Shown one piece after another: positions 1 through 9,370 of a DNA stretch of 64,000 nucleotides; position 1 is the stretch's first letter; each line of letters starts with the position of its first letter. Where the stretch lies: positions 2,208,001-2,272,000 of the forward strand of contig JAXHMG010000003.1 of assembly GCA_034521595.1 (NCBI GenBank), read 5' to 3'. The stretch is from Gemmatimonadota bacterium. Its GTDB lineage: Bacteria; Gemmatimonadota; Gemmatimonadetes; Longimicrobiales; Gaopeijiaceae. A program made the position numbers and the translations under genes. A model generated the notes under the pieces. It ran no database searches, had not been told where the DNA came from, and was given only the letters and a program-made list of their open reading frames with translations.

Positions 1-11
1 AACGTGAACGA

Positions 12-1454
12 ATGAACCACAACTTGCTCGGATCATTGGGGCGCCTCCACCCGCGTAGCCTGAAGTCTCTGACGGAGCCGCTGAGCCGGTTGGTTACCGG
101 CCGCCTCTGGCTGCAGGTCCTCATCGGCATGGTCCTGGGCGTGACCGTCGGGATCGTCCTCAACCCGGACACCGGCTGGTTCGAACGTTCGACCGCGGTG
201 GCCGTCGGCGAGTGGATCGCGCTGCCCGGCCATCTGTTCCTCGGGTTCATCCAGATGATCGTGGTGCCGCTCATTCTGGCCTCGATCATTCGGGGCATCG
301 CGGCCGCCAGCAATGTCCAGCAGCTCAAAAGCACCGGCATCTGGCTGGGCATCTATTTCTTGACGGCCACCATCATCGCCGTGGTCATCGGCATCTCCGT
401 CGGGCTAATCATCAAACCCGGAGCCTACGTGGACATCCAGGAGATGACCCAGCGCATGGGCGCAGCCGAGACAACGGTCGAGCTCGACCTGGAGACGGGC
501 GATCCCGGCGCCGCCATTGACATCGGACAGATCCCGAGCCAGATCGCGGAAAGCGTGCCCACCAACCCCATGGGCGCGATCGCCGAGGGGGACATGCTAC
601 AGATCGTGATCTTCGCGATCGTGCTGGGTCTGGCTCTGCTCAGCATGGAGGCACGCTCGGCCCGGCCGTTGCTCGAGCTGTTCGGATCGGTTCAGTCGGT
701 GGCCATGGCGGTGGTGGGAGTGGCCATGACCTTCGCACCCGTGGCCGTGTTCGGACTGCTGGCCCAGTCCATGATCACCACCGGGCCGCAGGTGCTCGCC
801 GGCATGGGGATCTACGCCGGGTCGGTGGTCTTGGGCATGGGCCTGCTGTTGGTGGTCTATTTGACGACCGTCATGACGCTGGGCGCCCGCAACCCTCTAC
901 GGTTTCTCGTGGGGATCCGCGAAGCGTTTCTGCTGGCGTTCTCCACCAACAGCTCCGCAGCCACCATGCCGGTGACCGTGCGCACCGCCGAGGAAAACCT
1001 GGGTGTTCGGGCGTCGCTGGCGCAGCTCGTGGTGCCGCTGGGCGCCACGGTCAACATGGGCGGGACGGCGCTCTACCAGGGCCTCGCCACCATGTTCATG
1101 GCCCAGATGTTCGACATGGAGCTACCCGTGAGCGCTCTCGTGGCTCTGGTCGCTACCGCCCTGGGCGCCTCCATCGGCACGCCCGCGGTCCCCGGAGTCG
1201 GCATCGTGGTGCTGGCCTCCGTGCTCAGCAGCGCAGGGGTGCCGCTCACCGGACTGGCCCTGATCATCGGCCTCGACCAGGTGCTCGAGCGGTTCCGCAC
1301 AAGCCTCAACGTTTCCGGGGACCTGGTGGCGTGCGTCGTGATGGACCGCTTCATGCCGGCCAAGCTGAGTCACGAGGCCGAGCGCGAACAGGACGAGGCG
1401 CTGGAGCGGACCCGAAAGATCGACGCCGTGGACACCGTCACGACGCCGGCCTGA
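12..1454 (+). CDS. Dicarboxylate/amino acid:cation symporter (DAACS/GltP family)
   Basis: Multi-TM 480 aa protein with AFSTNSSAATMP, PLGATVNMGGTALY, SIGTPAVPG and ERFRTSLNVSGD family motifs. Confidence 0.93.
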   Translation: MNHNLLGSLGRLHPRSLKSLTEPLSRLVTGRLWLQVLIGMVLGVTVGIVLNPDTGWFERSTAVAVGEWIALPGHLFLGFIQMIVVPLILASIIRGIAAASNVQQLKSTGIWLGIYFLTATIIAVVIGISVGLIIKPGAYVDIQEMTQRMGAAETTVELDLETGDPGAAIDIGQIPSQIAESVPTNPMGAIAEGDMLQIVIFAIVLGLALLSMEARSARPLLELFGSVQSVAMAVVGVAMTFAPVAVFGLLAQSMITTGPQVLAGMGIYAGSVVLGMGLLLVVYLTTVMTLGARNPLRFLVGIREAFLLAFSTNSSAATMPVTVRTAEENLGVRASLAQLVVPLGATVNMGGTALYQGLATMFMAQMFDMELPVSALVALVATALGASIGTPAVPGVGIVVLASVLSSAGVPLTGLALIIGLDQVLERFRTSLNVSGDLVACVVMDRFMPAKLSHEAEREQDEALERTRKIDAVDTVTTPA

Positions 1455-1573
1455 GCCATGCCGGGACCGCCGGATGAAGGCGAAGCTCGTCACCACGGCG
1501 GCGAGAGCTCACGGCCGTGGGTGGGGCCTTCCGGGCGCCCCCCTCGCGACGCTTCCCGCCCCCCGTGAACCAG

Positions 1574-1646
1574 TGACCCGGCAGGGGATCGAACCCTGGA
1601 CCTACTGATTAAAAGTCAGTTGCTCTACCAGCTGAGCTACCGGGTC
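1574..1646 (-). tRNA. tRNA-Lys (anticodon UUU), CCA not encoded
   Basis: Minus strand GACCCGG TA GCTC AGCTGGTA GAGC A ACTGA CTTTTAA TCAGT AGGTC CAGGG TTCGATC CCCTG CCGGGTC A folds as a cloverleaf. Confidence 0.97.
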
Positions 1647-1771
1647 TGTCCCGGAAGATAGGGCGCGTCAGGGAAAGATGAAGGACGCGTCCCGCCCTCA
1701 TCGCGCTCCCTCGTGCAGGATCGCCCGCACGCGCTCGCGGTAGTGCGGCGCCAGGTCGGCGACGCGGGCAG

Positions 1772-2317
1772 CTACCCACGAGCCACCGCTTCCTGAAACA
1801 CCCGATCAACTTCCTCGGGCGCGAGGGCTCGTCCTTCGTCGAACCACCATTCCAGGAGCCCCAGAAACGCGCCCGCCACGGCGAACGCCCTCCCCTCGGC
1901 CGGAGCCGCCTCGGGGTCCACCACGTCTCGCGACGCCATCTCGCCCCACGCGACCGCGGCGAGGACCTCTTTCAGGCGCCGCCGCACCCGATGGCTCGGC
2001 CCGCGGAGGATGGTGTTCCGGAAGAACGCCTTCTGCGCGGCGCCGTGGCGCAGCAGAGGAAGGCTGAACCGGAAACAGAAGCCACCGTCACGGTGCGGGC
2101 AGGGCGCGCCGGCGAAGGAGCGGAGCCACGCTTCGAACCCGTCGAAGAGCAGGTCCTCCTTGGCGCCGTAGTGGGTGTAGAACGTCGACCGCGCCACGTC
2201 GGCCCGCTCGGCGAGCCGCTCGATCGTGATCTGTTCGTAGCCGACCTCGTCGATCATCTCGAGCAGGGCCGTCTTCAGTCGGCGCTTGGTGCGGGCGACA
2301 CGGGGATCCTCGCTCAA
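1772..2317 (-). CDS. TetR/AcrR family transcriptional regulator
   Basis: DPRVARTKRRL and GYEQITIERLAERADVARSTFYTHYGAKEDLL N-terminal HTH; TTG start. Confidence 0.92.
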   Translation of the reverse strand: MSEDPRVARTKRRLKTALLEMIDEVGYEQITIERLAERADVARSTFYTHYGAKEDLLFDGFEAWLRSFAGAPCPHRDGGFCFRFSLPLLRHGAAQKAFFRNTILRGPSHRVRRRLKEVLAAVAWGEMASRDVVDPEAAPAEGRAFAVAGAFLGLLEWWFDEGRALAPEEVDRVFQEAVARG

Positions 2318-2351
2318 GGGTGTCTCCGGAACGGCGGCAGGAGCAGATAAA

Positions 2352-2403
2352 TGGACACAAATATATATATGTATGGTTTACTACATATACTATAATATGT
2401 CCA
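2352..2403. promoter_or_regulatory. AT-rich imperfect inverted repeat upstream of tetR (probable promoter/operator)
   Basis: 22-bp arms TGGACACAAATATATATATGTA / TACATATACTATAATATGTCCA with 8-bp spacer, in a high-GC background. Confidence 0.55.
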
Positions 2404-2422
2404 CCAACCCTCCCCAGCCCGA

Positions 2423-2833
2423 CTAGCCTGCCTCCGGCGGGGCCTCCATGACGGCCCCGAGGAACAGGATCGCGCCGGAGAGCCGCTCCCGGATGGCGAA
2501 CAGGAAGGGACGGTCGGCCCGGATCTCGGGGGGCGCCGACTCCACCATGACCACCTGGGTCACGGCCGCCGCCTCGGTGCCCTGCTCGTCGACGCGCACG
2601 AAGCTCTTCTGGCGCACCTCGTCGATCCACGGATCGCTGTCCTCGAACATGCGGCTGAAGTCGGCCCCGGCGTCGAACGCCCCGCCCATGCCCATCGCCG
2701 CGAGGTCGTCGTTGAGGGTGCGCTCCCACTCGAGCCCGAAGACGTTGCTCGACCGCAGCGCATCGACCTCGCCGCTCGAGAGCGACCGGGGAAGCTCGGT
2801 GATCTCGGGCGGCGGCTTCGGCTCGCGCTCCCC
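2423..2833 (-). pseudogene. Serpin remnant with a large in-frame internal deletion
   Basis: C-terminal serpin motifs VRVDEQGTEAAAVT (hinge) and ADRPFLFAI, joined in frame to an N-terminal-like segment ITELPRSLSSGEVDALRSSNVFGL; only ~137 codons and no start codon upstream of that segment. Confidence 0.75.
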
Positions 2834-3346
2834 CTACTCCAGCATCTGCACGCCCACGTCCTCTTCCTTCGGGCGCACGTCCGGATGCGTGTTCAGCGTT
2901 CGCGCGCAGGTGTTCCAGCGCAGGAGGGCGTCGTCGTTTCCGGCCGGGCGCAGGGGCTCCGCTTCCGCGTAGCAATCCATCGCCCGCTCGAACCACTCGT
3001 AGGCGATCGCTTCGGCTCCGGGACCGGCCTTGAGGAGCGCCGCCTCGGCCCTCCGCTCGCAGACGAGCCCGGAGTAGTATGCGCGCTCGTAGTCGCCCGC
3101 GAGGCGCCCGGCCATATCCAGCACCTCCTTGACGGCGATCCCCTCGATGATCCCGAACTGGTCACAGAGGCTCATGACGAGCATGACGTTGGCTCGCGGA
3201 TGCTCGGGCTGGAGCTCGAGCACGTCGCGGCAGATGCTCTCGGCGAGCTGCGGCTGGTTCAGGTACCGGTAGTGGAGGGCACGCTCGAGGGCCGCGTCGA
3301 CCGCGTCCGGGGTGAGCTGCTTGAGCTCGAATCTCTCGCTTGCCAT
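2834..3346 (-). CDS. Hypothetical helical (TPR-like) protein downstream of the sdh operon
   Basis: 170 aa ORF with RBS (GGAGG), high-GC codon usage and TPR-like AESICRDVLELQPEH. Confidence 0.75.
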   Translation of the reverse strand: MASERFELKQLTPDAVDAALERALHYRYLNQPQLAESICRDVLELQPEHPRANVMLVMSLCDQFGIIEGIAVKEVLDMAGRLAGDYERAYYSGLVCERRAEAALLKAGPGAEAIAYEWFERAMDCYAEAEPLRPAGNDDALLRWNTCARTLNTHPDVRPKEEDVGVQMLE

Positions 3347-3392
3347 GGGTCCTCCGTGAGTATGAGCCGCTCTGCGCTCCGGGCGGGCGGAG

Positions 3393-4157
3393 TCAGTCGT
3401 CCTGCTGCTTCTTCTTCCCGCCGATCACGAGCTGCACGAGCTTGGTGAGCGGGTCGTAGGCGTCGCCCACGACGCGCTCCTTGAGCGGGATGATCGCGTT
3501 GTCGGTGATCGTGATGTGCTCGGGACAGACCTTGGTGCAGCACTTGGTGATGTTGCAGTAGCCGACCCCGTGGTCCTCGCGCAGCTCGTCGAGGCGGTCC
3601 TCGGTGTCGAGCGGATGCATCTCGAGCGCGGCCGTGTGCACGAAGAAGCGCGGGCCGATGAACGCTTCGTGCTTGTGGTGGTCGCGGAGCACGTGGCACA
3701 CGTCCTGGCAGAGGAAGCACTCGATGCACTTCCGGAACTCCATGGCACGGTCGACGTCATCCTGCTCCATGGCCCAGGTACCGTCCTCGTGGTCCGGCGG
3801 ACGGGGCTTGAACGGCTTGATGCGCTTCTTGACCTCGTAGTTCCACGACACGTCCGGGACGAGGTCTCGGACGACCGGGAACGCCTTGAGCGGCTCGACG
3901 GTGATCGGCTTCTCCTGGGGCAGGTCCTCGAGCCGGGTCATGCACATGAGCTTGGGCATGCCGTTGACCTCGGCCGAGCACGAGCCGCAGCGGCCGGCCT
4001 TGCAGTTCCACCGAAGCGCGATGTCGTGCGCCTGCTCTGCCTGGATCTTCCGGACCGCGTCGAGGACGACGAACCCCGGCTGGACCTCCACGTCGTAGTC
4101 CCGGAACTCCCCACCGTCGGCGTCGCCGCGCCAGATCTTGAACGAGACGGATTCCAT
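3393..4157 (-). CDS. sdhB: Succinate dehydrogenase/fumarate reductase iron-sulfur subunit
   Basis: NCKAGRCGSC...LMC, CIECFLCQDVC and CNITKCCTKVCP motifs; ATG at 4157 overlaps the sdhA stop. Confidence 0.95.
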   Translation of the reverse strand: MESVSFKIWRGDADGGEFRDYDVEVQPGFVVLDAVRKIQAEQAHDIALRWNCKAGRCGSCSAEVNGMPKLMCMTRLEDLPQEKPITVEPLKAFPVVRDLVPDVSWNYEVKKRIKPFKPRPPDHEDGTWAMEQDDVDRAMEFRKCIECFLCQDVCHVLRDHHKHEAFIGPRFFVHTAALEMHPLDTEDRLDELREDHGVGYCNITKCCTKVCPEHITITDNAIIPLKERVVGDAYDPLTKLVQLVIGGKKKQQDD

Positions 4158-5977
4158 CAGCCCTGCTCCTTGATGATGTCCGTGAGCTCCTGGCGCATGG
4201 GCGGAATGGGCTCGCGCCGGACCTCCGGCTCGCCCCCACTCCCCTTCCGGACCACCAGGTTGACCCGGCCCCACTCCTCGTCCTTCGAAGGATGATCGGT
4301 GCGGGAGTGCGCGCCCCGACTCTCCTTGCGCTCCCGGGCCGCGAGCACGAGGAGCTCGGCCACGGTCACGATGTTCTGAAGGTCGATGGCCGTGTGCCAT
4401 CCGGGGTTGAACTCCCGGTTGCCGCCCACCGAGACTTTTTCGACCTCGGGACGCAGACGCTCGAGGCCGTCGAGCGCCTCGCCCAGCAGGTCGTGGTTCC
4501 GGATGATTCCGGCCTTCTCCTGCATGAGCGACTGCACGTCCTGCATGACCCGGTAGGGCCCGCGCTCTTCGGGCCCCGGGCTGCGCTCGAGCGGGGCGAG
4601 CGCCTCGCGCATCGCTTCCTCGACCTGGCCTTCGTCGACGGTGCCCGCGCCGCGCTCCTTCGCGAACTCGGCGGCGTGCGCCCCGGCCCGGCGCCCGAAC
4701 ACGAGCAGGTCGGAGAGGGAGTTTCCTCCCAGACGGTTCGCCCCGTGCAGTCCCGCCGCACACTCTCCGGCGGCGAAGAGCCCGGGCACCGACGACATCT
4801 GCGTGTCGGCGTCGACCCGGATGCCGCCCATGACGTAGTGGGTCGTCGGCCCGACCTCCATGGGCTCCCGGGTGATGTCGATGCCCGCCAGCTCTTTGAA
4901 CTGATGGTACATCCCCGGCAGCTTGCGCTTGATGTGCGTGGGGCCGTCGGAAAGCTTCTCGTCGATCCACGCGATGTCGAGGAACACCCCTCCGTGCGGG
5001 CTCCCCCGTCCCTCCTTCACCTCCCGCAGGATGCAGCGGGCGACGTGGTCCCGCGTGAGGAGCTCGGGCGGCCGGCGCGCCTCCGGATCCCCGGTCACGT
5101 AGCGCCATCCCTCCTCGGGTGTGTGCGCGGTCTGCTCCGTGTAGAGGTCGGGGATGTCGTCGAACATGAAGCGCGTGCCCTCGCTGTTCTTGAGCACGCC
5201 GCCCTCCCCCCGCACTCCCTCGGTCACCAGGATCCCCTGCACGCTCGGGGGCCAGACCATGCCGGTCGGGTGGAACTGGAGGAACTCCATGTCCAGCAGG
5301 TCCGCGCCGGCATGGTAGGCCAGCGCGTGCCCGTCGCCCGTGTACTCCCACGAGTTGCTCGTGATCTTGTAGGCTTTGCCGATGCCCCCCGTGGCGATGA
5401 TCACCGCGGCGGCCCGGAAGACCCGGAAACGGCCCCGCTCCCGGTCATAGCCGAGCGCGCCGACGATCCGCTCGCCGTCCTTGAGCAGCGTCGTGACGGT
5501 GACCTCCATGTGCACGTCGATGCCCTGGTGCACGCCGTGGTCCTGGAGGGTGCGGATCATCTCGAGGCCCGTGCGGTCCCCCACGTGGGCCAGCCGGGGA
5601 TACGCGTGCCCACCGAAGTTGCGCTGGAGGATGCGCCCCTCCGGCGTGCGGTCCATGAGCGCGCCCCACGCCTCGAGCTCGCGCACGCGCTCAGGCGCTT
5701 CCTTCGCGTGCAGCTCGGCCATGCGCCAGTTGTTGAGGTAGCCACCGCCCCGCATGGTATCCGCGAAATGAACGCGCCAGTTGTCGCGCGTGTCGACGTT
5801 GGCGAGCGACGCCGCGATGCCGCCTTCGGCCATGACCGTGTGCGCCTTGCCGAGCAGCGACTTGCAGACCAGCCCCACGCTGACGTTCTGGGACGCGGCC
5901 TCGATCGCCGCCCGCAGTCCGGCACCGCCCGCGCCGATGACGAGCACGTCGTGATCGATCGTCTTGTATTCGGCCAT
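4157..5977 (-). CDS. sdhA: Succinate dehydrogenase/fumarate reductase flavoprotein subunit
   Basis: GAGGAGLRAA, KAHTVMAEGG (covalent FAD His), QFHPTG, HGANRLGGNSL and RKESRGAH. Confidence 0.96.
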   Translation of the reverse strand: MAEYKTIDHDVLVIGAGGAGLRAAIEAASQNVSVGLVCKSLLGKAHTVMAEGGIAASLANVDTRDNWRVHFADTMRGGGYLNNWRMAELHAKEAPERVRELEAWGALMDRTPEGRILQRNFGGHAYPRLAHVGDRTGLEMIRTLQDHGVHQGIDVHMEVTVTTLLKDGERIVGALGYDRERGRFRVFRAAAVIIATGGIGKAYKITSNSWEYTGDGHALAYHAGADLLDMEFLQFHPTGMVWPPSVQGILVTEGVRGEGGVLKNSEGTRFMFDDIPDLYTEQTAHTPEEGWRYVTGDPEARRPPELLTRDHVARCILREVKEGRGSPHGGVFLDIAWIDEKLSDGPTHIKRKLPGMYHQFKELAGIDITREPMEVGPTTHYVMGGIRVDADTQMSSVPGLFAAGECAAGLHGANRLGGNSLSDLLVFGRRAGAHAAEFAKERGAGTVDEGQVEEAMREALAPLERSPGPEERGPYRVMQDVQSLMQEKAGIIRNHDLLGEALDGLERLRPEVEKVSVGGNREFNPGWHTAIDLQNIVTVAELLVLAARERKESRGAHSRTDHPSKDEEWGRVNLVVRKGSGGEPEVRREPIPPMRQELTDIIKEQG

Positions 5978-6783
5978 CAGAAGATCCTCCAGTCCGTCCA
6001 CACGCCCATGGAGCAAAGGCGGACGTAGACGTCGGAGAATCCGACCCAGAAGAGGCTTAGCCACGCGAACAGCATGTGCCGCCGGTTGAGGCAGCTGACG
6101 CACGCGTAGGACGTCTTACGCACCGGCTTACCCGCCAGACGCTTCAAGCCCCCGCCCACGAGGTGCCGGAGCGAGTGGCAACCCAGCGTGTAGCCGCCGA
6201 GCAGGACCACGTTCATCGCGAGCACCAGAGTGCCGACGCCGAGCCCGAGCACCTCCTGACCGGTGGCCGGATCGGTGAACCAGAGCGCCTTGTAGACGTC
6301 CCAGCTCAGGATGATGAGAAAGACGAGCGCGAGGTACAGGAAGTAGCGGTGGACGTTCTGGAGGATGAGCGGGAAGTGCCGCTCGCCCAGGTAGCTCTTC
6401 CGCGGCTCACCCACCGCGCAGTTCGGCGGATCGGCCCAGAACGCCTTGTAGTAGGCGCCGCGGTAGTAGTAGCACGTCAGCCGGAACCCGCCCGGCGCCC
6501 ACAGAATGAGGAACGCCGGCGAAAAAGGGAGCCAGCCGGGCCACCATCCCGGCCGCGGCCCGAGCCACGCGTGCCCCGAGTCGCCGAACAGCTCGGGAGA
6601 GTAGAAGGGGGAGAGATAGTTGCCGAACGTGTAGTGCTCGCCCTGGAAGGCCGCCCACGTCGAATAGACGATGAACGCGCCGAGCCCGAGGAACACCGCG
6701 GCGGGCTGGAGCCACCACGCATCCTTCCGCATCGTGCCGCCGAACGGCCGGCGGACCGGTAGTGCCGTCTCCGGAGATGCCAT
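5977..6783 (-). CDS. Sdh1-type (Rv0249c-like) membrane anchor subunit
   Basis: Multi-TM protein with YLSPFYSP, FRLTCYYYRGAYY, QNVHRYF, GCHSLRH and HMLFAW; first gene of the sdh operon. Confidence 0.85.
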   Translation of the reverse strand: MASPETALPVRRPFGGTMRKDAWWLQPAAVFLGLGAFIVYSTWAAFQGEHYTFGNYLSPFYSPELFGDSGHAWLGPRPGWWPGWLPFSPAFLILWAPGGFRLTCYYYRGAYYKAFWADPPNCAVGEPRKSYLGERHFPLILQNVHRYFLYLALVFLIILSWDVYKALWFTDPATGQEVLGLGVGTLVLAMNVVLLGGYTLGCHSLRHLVGGGLKRLAGKPVRKTSYACVSCLNRRHMLFAWLSLFWVGFSDVYVRLCSMGVWTDWRIF

Positions 6784-7097
6784 CCCGTGATCCTTCCACG
6801 ACGCACGCGGCGCCGTGCTCGAGGGACGATCGCCGACGGCATGCGGCCCTGCCGCGTGCCGCGGCGTCGACCGGGGTGGACCTCCGACCCGTGGGCCGGA
6901 GCGCATGGCCACGGCCGCGCGGGGCGCAGATCCTCGACGGCCCCGATCGGTGGCGATTGTACGGGGCGCGTGTGGGGCGGCGCAAGAAGGACGGGGCTCT
7001 CAGTCCCTCCTCAGCATCGACATCGGATCCCGTCGCACGGCGCGCACCGCGCCGCGACGGGGTCGGGCATCTCCCCGCCAGCGAGCCGCGGCGCTCC

Positions 7098-8303
7098 TCA
7101 GCAGGACGCCTCCGAGCCGGACGCGCGGTCCACGCGGACACACCAGCCGAGCGGCGCCTCCGGCGACGACCTATCGGTGACCACGACGGCCGACAGACGG
7201 ATCGAGCGCGCGCCGACCTCGACCTTGAGATAGCCGATCTCGGAGGTGGCGAACAGCGTCCCCGGAGCGCGGGAGACCGGCGTGACCTTGCTCGCCGAGC
7301 CGCTCACGAGATGGTAGGCGGGTCCGCCCTCCCCACCCCGCAGCACCTGGAGGCTGTGCTCGTGTGCCGCCGCGAAGAGCCGTGGGGGTCGGCGGGCGGA
7401 GCGGAGCGCCTGTTGGATGCTCGCCCGCATGCGCTCGTTGCCGTCGCCCGCGAGGTCCTGGTCGGAGATCCCCCACACCCGGGCCATCACGTAGGCGGTT
7501 CCCAGGACCGGAAGCGGGACGAAGGCGCTCGACCACAGGTCACGGAGCGGAAAGAGATGCCGATCGGCGGGAATGTACCCGCCGTGCGGCCCATGCGTCC
7601 GGAGCGGATGATGGCCCAGGACGACCACCTCGCGCCCCTCCGCGCCGTCGATGGCCGTCGTGAGCGCGTCGGATATCTCCTTCGGCGCGCGCTCGGCGCA
7701 CCCTCGCGCGTGCTCGTGGATGAACCATTGCGTATCGAGGACCACGAGCCGGACCTCGGCCACGTCCACCACCGACGGCCCGGGGCAGCCGGCCTCCGGG
7801 AGCCAGGTGACCGGCGCGCCACGCCGGTCGGCGGCCTCCACCCAGGCGGCCTGCCGCTCGAGGGTGGACAGCCCATCCTCCGCGCCCCCGGCCCAGTCAT
7901 GGTTCCCGGCCATGAACAGAGCACGCGCGCCCGACCCGGCCACGGCCTCGAGCTGGAGCGCCAGCTTGGTCGTGTCCCGCCCGTGCTCGGGGTCTCCGGG
8001 AGCCCGCACGCCGTCCGGGTAGACGTTGTCGCCGAGGAAGGCCACGAGGGTCGGCCCCAAGCTCGCCGAGCGGCGCGCGTCCGCGCCGAGGTGCGCGAGG
8101 ATCGGGCTGTCCGAGGTCACGGCGCCACCGTCCCCGACGAGCAGCACGGTCGCCACCGGCGAGCCGCCGGGATCGACGGGGGCCAGTGGCGCGACGGGGG
8201 CTTCGTACCCGCTGCACGCCATCGCCGAGAGGGTCAGGACCAGGGCGAGGCGACGTGGTGCGACAGGGCTTCGCGCCAGGCCCGACGGGCTTCGTTCTGC
8301 CAT
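7098..8303 (-). CDS. Metallophosphoesterase, probable lipoprotein
   Basis: GDGG, FLGDNVYP, GNHDW, GHHP and AHEHSL motifs; LSAMAC lipobox-like; start inferred. Confidence 0.85.
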   Translation of the reverse strand: MAERSPSGLARSPVAPRRLALVLTLSAMACSGYEAPVAPLAPVDPGGSPVATVLLVGDGGAVTSDSPILAHLGADARRSASLGPTLVAFLGDNVYPDGVRAPGDPEHGRDTTKLALQLEAVAGSGARALFMAGNHDWAGGAEDGLSTLERQAAWVEAADRRGAPVTWLPEAGCPGPSVVDVAEVRLVVLDTQWFIHEHARGCAERAPKEISDALTTAIDGAEGREVVVLGHHPLRTHGPHGGYIPADRHLFPLRDLWSSAFVPLPVLGTAYVMARVWGISDQDLAGDGNERMRASIQQALRSARRPPRLFAAAHEHSLQVLRGGEGGPAYHLVSGSASKVTPVSRAPGTLFATSEIGYLKVEVGARSIRLSAVVVTDRSSPEAPLGWCVRVDRASGSEASC

Positions 8304-8370
8304 GACGGGTGGGGACAAGGGTCTCAGGGCCACGATGCATAACACCGGACGTCCCTCCGCGTTGCAAAAC

Positions 8371-8424
8371 TCCCCTTGCAAGTCGATGGTTCCAACCCCA
8401 GACTTCCCTTCGAAGTCTATGGGA
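8371..8424. promoter_or_regulatory. Two candidate PadR operator sites
   Basis: Imperfect palindrome TCCCTTCGA-AG-TCTATGGGA (8405-8424) and a related CCCCTTGCA-AG-TCGATGGT just upstream of padR. Confidence 0.4.
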
Positions 8425-8460
8425 GCATCGGGTCGACGACGATCGAGACGGGAGGCGGGG

Positions 8461-8814
8461 ATGTTCGAAGACGATCGAGGGCTGCTCCAGGGAACGCTGG
8501 AGCTTCTGGTGTTGAAGGCGCTCAGCTTCGGGCCCGCGCACGGGTACGCCGTCGCGCGCTGGATCGAGGGCGCCACGGACGACTCGCTCCGGGTCGAAGA
8601 GGGCTCGCTCTACCCGGCCCTGCACCGGATGGCCGCCAAGGGATGGCTCGCATCGGAGTGGGGCACGTCCGAGAACAACCGGCGCGCCAAGTTCTACCGC
8701 CTCACCGAGGAAGGGCGGGCGCGCTTCGAGGCCCGCACCCGTAGCTGGAACGACATGGTCGAGGTCGTGCGCCGGGCGCTCTCGGCTCCGGCGACCCCGG
8801 GAGGTGCACGATGA
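8461..8814 (+). CDS. PadR family transcriptional regulator (acidobacterial-type)
   Basis: LLQGTLELLVLKAL...HGYAVA...VEEGSLYPALHR...WGTSENNRRAKFYRLT; RBS GGAGG. Confidence 0.93.
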   Translation: MFEDDRGLLQGTLELLVLKALSFGPAHGYAVARWIEGATDDSLRVEEGSLYPALHRMAAKGWLASEWGTSENNRRAKFYRLTEEGRARFEARTRSWNDMVEVVRRALSAPATPGGAR

Positions 8815-8983
8815 GCTCCCGCAACGAGGGACCCGGCGCGGTCAGCCACCGCCATGTAGTGCTTCGATGCAATCCACCTCACACTCGAGGCCTCACCACG
8901 AGCGTCGTAACGACGGCTCCACTTCTCCTGCCGATCACGTCCGCCCCATCTCCCCTCCTTCCAACCGCTACCGATCCGCTACA

Positions 8984-9325
8984 TCACATTTCCCGCACGA
9001 AGCGGTTCTGCCCGTCCACGAGCACGAGCTTCGGATCCACCGGCGCATCCCCGAGCTCGAAGCCCATGACGATGATCTCCTCACCCTTCTGGATGAGATG
9101 CGCGGCCGCGCCGTTCATCTCCATGGTGCCGGAGCCTCGCGGCGCTTCGATGATGTACGTCTCGAGACGCGCTCCGGACGTATTGCTCACCACGAGCACC
9201 TTTTCGCCGACCATGAAGCCCGCTCGTTCCACGAGGTCGAGGTCGATGGCGATGCTCCCGACATAGTCCACGCTCGCGCCGGTCACGACGGCCTGATGGA
9301 TCTTCGAGCGAAGGAAAAAACGCAT
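8984..9325 (-). CDS. panD: Aspartate 1-decarboxylase
   Basis: SKIHQAVVT, YVGS self-cleavage site, GARLETYII and MNGAAAH. Confidence 0.92.
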   Translation of the reverse strand: MRFFLRSKIHQAVVTGASVDYVGSIAIDLDLVERAGFMVGEKVLVVSNTSGARLETYIIEAPRGSGTMEMNGAAAHLIQKGEEIIVMGFELGDAPVDPKLVLVDGQNRFVREM

Positions 9326-9370
9326 GAAACCGAAACCCCTACGATCTGGTCTGTGAGTGAATCGGGTCGA

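Noticed and set aside
1574-1646. tRNA-Lys as an island integration site
   Set aside because: No integrase and no duplicated tRNA 3' end seen in the window
2352-2403. AT-rich palindrome as a chromosomal dif site
   Set aside because: No XerD-arm TTATGTTAAAT-like match and the wrong geometry (not 11-6-11)
2834-2836. Pyrrolysine or programmed readthrough of the TAG into the serpin remnant
   Set aside because: No pyl genes or other support; the frame match is expected one time in three
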